The notes under the pieces were generated by a model. That model was not told the origin of the DNA, made no database searches, and worked only from the letters and a program-made list of their open reading frames with translations. A stretch of 63,898 bases of DNA, filler included, from Choristocarpus tenellus KU-1152 (lineage: Eukaryota; Protista; Phaeophyceae), in assembly GCA_964200185.2 (NCBI GenBank). It is 8 parts of 8 records of this genome, joined end to end, with 100 filler letters (N's around TTAATTAATTAA, not from the genome) between each part and the next. Parts side by side here need not be neighbours in the genome. Positions count along the whole stretch, not along the records: positions 55,908 to 59,439 come from CAXNAD020019413.1; positions 59,540 to 63,898 come from CAXNAD020014932.1; 6 more parts are not named here. One strand, 5' to 3'. The translations under genes were made by a program, and so were the position numbers. Positions 55,808 to 63,898 of the stretch are shown here, piece after piece; the first letter of the stretch is position 1, and each line of letters opens with the position of its first letter.

Positions 55808-58507
55808 NNNNNNNNNNNNNNNNNNNNNNNNNNNNNNNNNNNNNNNNNNNNTTAATTAATTAANNNNNNNNNNNNNNNNNNNNNNNNNNNNNNNNNNNNN
55901 NNNNNNNGAAAAACGGACATCGACATCCCCCCCCAGATACTTTGACCCTAAAGCAACCAAAACACATTGCAAAATGGGAACTACAGTAACCCAAACACTA
56001 CTCTTCTGTATCCCCTATCATTGGAGCTTTGACGCCGTAAGTGTAAGGATTTTTATACCCACCCCAGAAGGATACCCCAGACCCCTCCCGAGTCACCCCT
56101 ACCAGCGTCCAATCTGCACGATGGAAGTCGATGTCGCTATTGCTTGCAAGGGGGCACCACATGTCAGTCACATTATCAGAGCACTGGATAGAAAAGCTTT
56201 CCGTTGTACTCTCATTTGGCCTTAACTCCACGATGTCATGCGCCACTAGTTGCCCAAAGGCTGGTAAGAACTGGGAGGTACCTTGGCTTTTGTCGAGGGG
56301 AAGCCCTGAAGTACACGTTTCGGAAAGCGGAGAGGTATTGATCCAAGCAAGGTTGTGGAATATTTGGAACTCGGTTTCTGTGGTTGTTGCCCTCTAACAC
56401 ATCAACCAAAACTCTACAGGCACTCCGAACATCAAACCACTTCAGTATATTCTACATCGCCTGAAGTCCAAGAGTGGACAGGAAAGCTTTGAGTCGCTTG
56501 ACCAGTGTTTTTTGGGAATTGGATCCATCGTCTACGAATCCAGAGTGGACATGATAAAGACAACAAACAATATACTTTCGAGCACAAGCTAGAGGAAGCA
56601 GAGAAGGCCCATGAGCGCGCACAACTCAAAGAAACAGCAATATATCATGGACTCACCCAGGAAGAGCTGGCGCATTACCTCTCTTGCACTGGGACCATCT
56701 TGACGAGGGGGCTCCGAGACACCATCCTCATAAAATGGTTCATGGATACGGATCAAGGGCTGCATAACGCGTGGAAAGATAAAACCATCACAGTATTAGT
56801 AGTCTTCACCAATACATAAATAAGATACCACAACAATTTAGTGTGTCAAGGGTTTCTTCTCACTCACGGTCATGACCGATCCCCGAGATTCGTCTTGATC
56901 ATTGTTTGCTGTCCCATCATAGGTCCGAAATTGACCATTGATGTGTGGGGGTAAGAAGAGCAACAACCACAGACCCCAGGCGAAGGGAGACATGCGAGTG
57001 TAGAAAGTAGGGGTCTCTCACACTGGCAATCACCAATCCAGTCTCTCCTCTGACCACTTCTATGTGATTGTTGATGGACTTCGGTATGGGTTCCAATGTT
57101 TCCTGTTACTTATTCATACAATAAATCCAGTTGTCGTTTGGTGTTTGTCCTTTAACATCTTCCATTCATGAACGACACCTGAAGATCCGATACAAAAATA
57201 TTTCATTAAGTTTGAAAACTAGCATTTCCCATATCTTGTGACGTGATTATAACCTATATTTTTGACTTTATTTCCTTCTGGTTCAACAATTTCTTCTAAG
57301 TTTACTAGAAAACGTGCTTATATGATACATCCTTCCATCGGTTATGTTATTATTATACCCTCTCACATTTTCCAGATTTGTCAGTCGGTTATTGTCATAG
57401 TTCTCATCAATTACGGTGTCACTACTATACATTATAGTTGTTCCCAAAATGCATATTTTCTCTCCAACATTTTGTAGGTATGTTAAGGCAAAGACCAATG
57501 AAGACTATATTATTAGCATATTTGTATTGTTTAGTTGTCCCAACAAGAGATTTGGGTGGTACTAAAGGTTGGACTGCTTCATCTCCAAGTCTCTTCCTAC
57601 CTCTAAAGTAATCTAAAGTAACCTTATTAGATAGAAAAAAAATTGTTCCACCAGAAGGTAATAGAGGTAAATTAAGTATATAGATAGGTTGGATTGATAA
57701 GGAGACTGTACAAATGGTTCTGGAAGAGGGAGTTTAGTCCCCAACTTGAAAGTAATGGTGTGGTGCCTGTTTTCCAAAGGTTGGAGCAGTTTCGGTGAAC
57801 GAGAGTGGACTAGTGTGTATTATTCATCAGCTTGAACTGAATAATAATCCACTTCATCGCGTCACCAACTACAGTATTTCGTGGTATTGGACAGAAGAAA
57901 GTACTTCGTATATTTTATTATTATGCCCTCTGACATTTTGCAGATGTGTCGGGGAGGAAACAATGAAAACTCTATATATGTCGTTATTAGCCCTAAAGTA
58001 TATTGGGAGGTGAAGGTTGAAGATTATTATATATTCAGGTTGAAGTTAGGAAAAAAGAGGTTGAATGTAACGACAGAGGTATGTTAAGAATATGCTTTTT
58101 TTCAGGTGTAAAAGAAGATTCTGTAGAAGAAACAATCTAAGGATGAAGAGACAGTGTTTGTATTCTGAAGAATAGAAGATTAACGTTGGGTTTCAAGAAC
58201 TAGAATATGGAAGAGTTCAGAAATAGGAAGCATTGTGGGAAGTAATTTCTGATTAGTTTGATTAGTCATTCACGGAATAGAATCGATTTGGTGGCAAGGA
58301 CACCCCCCCTTTGGGGTTTGAAGCTCACTCTCCTTTCTTACATCTTCCTTTATGTACAACCTGTTCTGCGTAATAAGGAACTAATCAGGTTATTTACATA
58401 CACAAGTCTTGAGAACACCAATTTCTTTAACATGCTAGCTAGCACGACTTATTGAATTGTGCTAAGTTCTCAAGGTTAGCGTTAAATCGATTTGAGGGGG
58501 AGTCCTG

Positions 58508-59439
58508 ATGGAGGAGGCCGTCGGTTACAGAAGACGTACTTCGAGAAGAGCGAACTATGGAGACACGACACCTGCAAAACCAGTTGAAGAGGGTGGAGAG
58601 GTGGTCGAGTCTGAAGATGAAGATGACAGAGGGGCGATTAGCAGAACCGTGCAACTGGGAGTATCAACGGGCCAAAGATTGAAACTACTGATTCCATTGC
58701 CATCAACGTTCAAGGTCTACAGTGGCGATGATGATGATGGTGATGGATTTGCCATGTTTGAGCGAAAATTCCTTTCGTGTGCTGCCATGGGCAGCTGGAA
58801 GGATACATTGTTATCTGATGATCACATCAGAGTCAGCAGTGATTACTTTGACGCGTCAAGATGGTCTGAACGTGAAATAGACAAGGCTAGTATGGCGATG
58901 GCTGCTCCGGTGATGGCTTTGGATGGGTTCACGGAAAAAGTGGTAAGCAACCATGACAGTCCTTGGGAAGCTTACAAAGCTTTAAGAAACCACTTTAGGA
59001 GAAGTGGTATCACCGAAAGGGCCAACATGAGATTGAAGTTAAATTCTCCACATTTACCTGCCGTCTACAGTCATCTTGGAACTGGATAGCATAGTGAAGA
59101 AAATGCGATCCCTGGATGATGAACCCAGTGAAGAGGAACAATTAAGTTCCATGCATAATTGTTTGACCGACGAATACTTCATTGAGATTCGCCAGGTCAC
59201 AGGATGTGATCGGGCAGCACGGATGGATCTCCAACGTGTTTGGGAAACGTATCAATTTCATAAACGACAGCGTGAACGACGAATGGGAAACAATTGGCGG
59301 TGCATTGATGGTTGGAGGTCCCTGATCGAGAAATGGAAATGCTGTTTTTTTAAGGATCAGCAGCCAAGACATGTAACAGAGGATTTTCAAAATTGGGGAT
59401 GGAGCGGGACTACGAGGATGGTTGTTTTGCGAAAACGGT
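58508..59439 (+). mobile_element. Ty1/copia gag (Retrotran_gag_2/UBN2-like), frameshifted, with probable 5' LTR/PBS at ~58280-58450
   Basis: ORFs 58508-59089 and 59076-gap: FAMFERKF, SPWEAYKALRNHFRRSGITERANMRLKL, LDSIVKKMRSLDDEPSEEEQL..CLTDEY. Upstream ...AACA|TGCTAGC resembles an LTR end plus a decayed PBS. Confidence 0.8.
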
Positions 59440-59899
59440 NNNNNNNNNNNNNNNNNNNNNNNNNNNNNNNNNNNNNNNNNNNNTTAATTAATTAANNNNN
59501 NNNNNNNNNNNNNNNNNNNNNNNNNNNNNNNNNNNNNNNCCCTCTCCTCTTTCCCCCTAGGCAAAGGCTACACATCCCCCAACTATCTGTGTCTTCCCTT
59601 AAACACTGTTGTCGTAGATGTTCTGCTTTTCCTCTTTTCTACCCACGCAATCCCTACAGGTTTACCCAGGCACATGTCGCTGTCCCTTTCCTCCTGGGAC
59701 TGCTGGAGCACAGCGACTACTACCTGGTGGAGTTTCCCCTCCTCTTTCCCCCTTGTGCAGCCCCCCAATGTTACCCACACATAGCATTGCGCCTTGCAAT
59801 ACCCCATCCGGGTCATAGAAGTTCGGTAGAAACACAATATGGCAATTGCGAGCCAGACACAGGGTACATAAAATGATTATCGCTCAACAGGACGGTCAT

Positions 59900-61350
59900 A
59901 TGTTCATTTGAGTGTGTGTAATTCTAATTGAAGAATCGTGAAGAAGTAGTATTGAGAGAAATACAGCACAACAGGATGGTCGCAACATGTTAATATGAGT
60001 TTGTGTACTTCTGTCGACGAAACTCGAAGAAATGATTGGGACATGTGTTGTATGGATCAAGCGCAAGAGGCGGTTGCAAGGAACAATTAGTTCAGGAAAG
60101 CAAAAAAGAGGGCCTCCACTATAAGTTCGTCTGAGGAAGAGATACAAACACTGCAACACACATGGAGCATAAACCATCTCACACCTCGATCCATCTAGTT
60201 GCATAGATCAGAACATGGATTCTGCAGGTTCAACCAACACAAGAACGTCAGATGAAGAGAGCCTTCATCCCCATGCACCTACACAGACCTTGAACGACAC
60301 CTTCACATTTTCCCTTTCGAGTGGCAGAGAGTATGTTGCAGAAAAAAGTAGTTTTCGTAGGGACGATTGCCGACAAATCTCATTTTCTACTCGTGGGGGC
60401 GACGTCATGTCACAGAGAACGATGAGTGCGAACAAGTGGACAGACAGTTCCAGACTGCTAAAGAACATCCCTTACTGAAGGCGCCGAGTGTAAACTACGT
60501 CAAGCATCCGAGAAGAATTCTCGCCTGTCCAGTGTACCCCAAAAATATACTACCTACTACCATTATTATGTGTGTGGGTATGATGAGGGAATTGGGGAGG
60601 GGGAGAGTTCGCGCAGTTCGCCTTCGTGCGTAATGACGCGCGACAGCGATACCACCTCAGATGTATATTGGAATGAGTGCTTCATCTGCCCACCCCAAAA
60701 TGTTCTCCGCACCAAATTCTGAAACAAAACTAAAAAACAATCTTGAGAGGTGATATGGTTACACGAGGGTAACAAAAGAGATCTCGAAATATAAGACCTT
60801 CTTGTCACACACTGATCACGTGTGCAGAGATGAAGATGACAGATATTATCACAAGAAATAATTTGACGCCTCGAAAGAACGGTTCTTTGGTTAGGGGGGA
60901 GATCAAACAAGTCAATGAGAGGGTTGATACTGATCAGAATCCGAAGACAACATTAGGACACAAAATAATGCTGGTGTTGCGCATCTTATAATAGGGTCGG
61001 CGTGGAAGGAGAATTCTAGCCGCAAGAGCATCCATCTGTGCAAGCTACGAGACGCCTCCCATATGATCCCCATCGAGAACCGTTGGACTTGACATTGTAT
61101 CTGGGTATCTCGATGACTGCGAAACATGAGAACATGAAGAAACTTTGCCTTGGGGCGTGATCAATCAATATTTGATAGTTCCTTTCTGATGCGAATGAGT
61201 GAGAAAGGCCAAGGTGGGTGACGAGGTGGGTAGTTAACGCCCTGAGTGTTCGAAGTTCTTTCACCACCTCAAATATTTCGTCGACGTCTGGGAGAAAAGG
61301 TCGTCCACGTACTAGGAAGGTACTACCTCTACGATAACGAAGAGTCCCTT
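59900..61350 (-). mobile_element. Degenerate Ty1/copia integrase-RT relic
   Basis: Minus-strand remnants in order: GGE, THSHQKG (cf. TPQQNG), IWEAS, TSEVVSLSRVITHE (cf. SRNV.F.E), VKVSFKVCVGAWG (cf. KARLVARG). Confidence 0.6.
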
Positions 61351-61978
61351 GTCTCCAAGGTATAACACAAGGGCTAATAATTTACAGCCTTTGCTGTGAA
61401 ACTTCCCCCCTGCATATTCTGTTGTTCATTGTACTTAGATTTAAAAATAATACAGCACCGTGGATCACACTGAACAGAAAGGGACGGCTACATAAACGCT
61501 GTTTCCTGATGATAGAATAGCAGCAGTTGATCTTGAGCAAATCAAACTCTTTGAAGTAGGTATCACTATCATTAGTAATAGACACACACATATATATACA
61601 CTGGTGCTGGACTGCACAAGAGGCATGTACTGCCACCACTCTTCTGTCATTGCTTGTAAAAAATAAACATGATTAAAGGGTGCAAACTATTTACTGTTAC
61701 ACAACCTCCCGTTGGACAAGCCGGTTCTTCTCAACAGTACAATCAAGACTGGACATGAAGTACTTCAAGTGGCTCGATAACAAGAGGGAGGCCTCGTCCA
61801 ATCCCTACACAAAAGAGCAAAGAAATATTCAGGAAACCTGTCCTTGTTCCTGAACAATGATGGACGAAATACATCACACATATGCTGTTTTTTTTGTTGC
61901 TCTCCAACAACGCACGTTGGTTGTATACAAAACCACGTAACCCCTTACAACATACAAATATAGCAAATCTGAAGTGGC

Positions 61979-62155
61979 TCATTTCTTCGCTCGTCTTTCC
62001 TCCATACGCCTCTGTATACGGTCAAACTCCTCATCATCGAGGTCTTCATGCGCGGAGGACCCTGCTTTGGCCTTCTTTCCCTTGGGTCCCCCACCAGCCC
62101 CCTTGCCCTTACCCTTGAGCTTTTTCCCCGAGTACCGTGACTCGAGCGAAGAAAC
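61979..62155 (-). CDS. DNAJC9: Terminal exon of a DnaJ subfamily C member 9-like protein
   Basis: CAG acceptor at 62157-62156, then VSSLESRYSGKKLKGKGKG...HEDLDDEEFDRIQRRMEERRAKK*. This matches the DNAJC9-type C-terminus (L.SRY...EEEF...R.R). J-domain exons were not seen. Confidence 0.65.
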   Translation of the reverse strand, partial: VSSLESRYSGKKLKGKGKGAGGGPKGKKAKAGSSAHEDLDDEEFDRIQRRMEERRAKK

Positions 62156-63450
62156 CTGCCCAAGGATAAACAATAAAATGAAAGTTACAAAAGCAATCAC
62201 GGCACCCATCACAGCACCAGAACAACAATGTTGACACGTGTACATCTCTACAAAGTGTTACCAATGCGGTAGGCAGGGGTGGAGGATTACCACAGTGGAA
62301 TTTGTTGGTGATCAGGTTATCAAGTACACACATAAGACATTCAAGGATGGGGATTTTGGGGGGTTGCCTCAACCCTCACACACTCATATTTCATAGGAAT
62401 CACTTCACTCAAAAAGTGGTGTCAATGTCAGTCCAATGTAGGCATTAATATCAACAGAAGCTTGCCCCCTCCGACAGCCCGTCTACAACTACATGAAATA
62501 CTCGTCTCTTTTCCCACATAACATTCTGCCTCTTTCTAGCTCCCTTGCATCGGGCCAATCAAAAGACTCCAAAGTGGAACAGATCAGGCCGTTCACAGGC
62601 GGCTCAACACAAGAACACAAAACCATCTCATGTGCTTTGACCTTGAATACATCACACGTTGGTCTTGCGTGATTGTCTAACCAAGGTGTACACCAAGAGT
62701 ATCCAACATCCCATTACAAAATGTTCAAGTGATCAATCCAATGAGTGTTTCGAGTACCAAGTATATATATATACACACTGAAAAAAGTATGAACCCTAGA
62801 ATTGACTTCTTGATGAAGCCTGACATGGAAGGGGGCTAAGGGGATTGGGTATTCTACAACCAAGCAGATTGTGTTTTTTTTGTTCCAAAGTCCACAACCT
62901 AATTGTCATATCACACAAGAAAAGCAGTCTGTGGGGGGCGGGGGGAGGGGGCGGCAGTTTGTGCTGCAGGGACAACTCTTCTTTTTATAATGGCAAGCTC
63001 TGGCCCTTCCTGGTGTCACTTCAATGACATGAGTACAATACAACTACAGAAACAATTATTTGACAATGCGACGATTGCACACGTTCCTTGAGCTATCACT
63101 GCCAACACCTTGAAAGTAAAGAGGCGTCTATACGACGCACGATAACTCTGCCAGGTTTTCAACCTCATCCAAATCTAAGCACATAAGCCTTTTTTCCTAC
63201 TTCACTAACTCCAATCGGCAGAGAGCTCGTTTTGGGGGACAACAGTTCACAACTCTGTGTGATGCAGCGACAATAAAATATTTTTTACTTATTTATTTAT
63301 TTTTATTAATTTCCGGGGTTTTTTTCCCCCCATTCTGATGCGATAGTCGAGGAGCAAGAAAAAGATGAGCTCCCAACCGGTAGAGAGGTCGAATCCATTT
63401 ATTATTATTATTATTTATTATTATTCTTGCTCTCTTTTCATCGAGATGCA

Positions 63451-63765
63451 TTTTTTTTTTTAATTTTGGTGATGTAGACAGGGGACTGAGTTAGGAGGTT
63501 GGCACAATATCCGCATAGGCCGGGTCAGACAGCCTGTCCTGAGTCTTCAGTTAACTACTCACTGTCTTTAGCTCCCGTCGTGGGAAAAACCACCCCCTGT
63601 GAAGCAAGCTGAAGTGAAAAAAAGGCGACGATGTCAACGTTACACACACTGGGCTTGCTGCTGAGGTAAGGAGGTACCCCTTAAGACAGCGTGAAACTCA
63701 CACTGTGCGAGGCCACCAGACCCTGGAAGGCGAAGACCTGGCGGGGAGCAGCGATTGGCCAGATC
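63451..63765 (-). mobile_element. SINE/LINE-like retroposed fragment with A-rich tail
   Basis: GC-richer non-coding block that ends on the minus strand in AAAATT(A)11. Confidence 0.3.
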
Positions 63766-63775
63766 CCAAAACTAA

Positions 63776-63797
63776 ACCCTAACCCTAACCCTAACCC
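63776..63797. repeat. Interstitial telomeric repeat (CCCTAA)3-4 (one of ~20 short tracts)
   Basis: Similar tracts at about 1001, 18621, 19218, 43701, 44790, 48000, 48319, 48555, 49308, 49955, 52041, 52087, 52987 and 53364. Confidence 0.9.
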
Positions 63798-63898
63798 AAA
63801 AATACCGAACTAGACACCAGGGGGGGGGGGGGGGGGGGGCGTCTTTCACCAGGGGGGGGGGGGTCACCAAAAGGGTGGGGGGGTAAACACACACAACC

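Noticed and set aside
63657-63700. Hammerhead ribozyme (CTGCTGAG...GAAAC)
   Set aside because: The core deviates from CUGANGA and the three stems could not be built.

Overview
Eukaryotic nuclear DNA with intron-rich genes and TTAGGG telomere-type motifs; stramenopile/brown-alga-like by inference. It consists of 8 contigs joined by artificial 100-nt N44-TTAATTAATTAA-N44 spacers, so adjacency across spacers is not evidence of linkage. Recognisable partial spliced genes: flotillin (-, 5' part, with a 17-nt micro-exon), a Ca2+/calmodulin-dependent kinase (+, 3' five exons), CFAP57/WDR65 (+, 3' thirteen exons, two consecutive GC-AG introns) and the last exon of a DNAJC9-like gene (-). There are also a sulfotransferase-like gene and an unidentified gene. 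The rest is largely transposon debris: an internally deleted pogo/Tigger element with an N-terminal Cys/His finger, degenerate copia, gypsy and LINE relics, a possible KDZ/CxC transposase relic, and nested MITE/foldback elements. I found no single clearly novel multi-gene system. The most interesting signals are: (i) a sharp CpG mosaic, with depleted gene bodies next to CpG-rich inserts; (ii) abundant short interstitial telomeric repeats, one flanked by a 14-bp duplication; (iii) a CpG-rich, virus-like degraded island upstream of the kinase exons; (iv) a MITE family with GRG/CYC-like ends and 3-4 bp duplications; (v) splice-signal oddities. All family calls come from motif recognition by eye, not from database searches.
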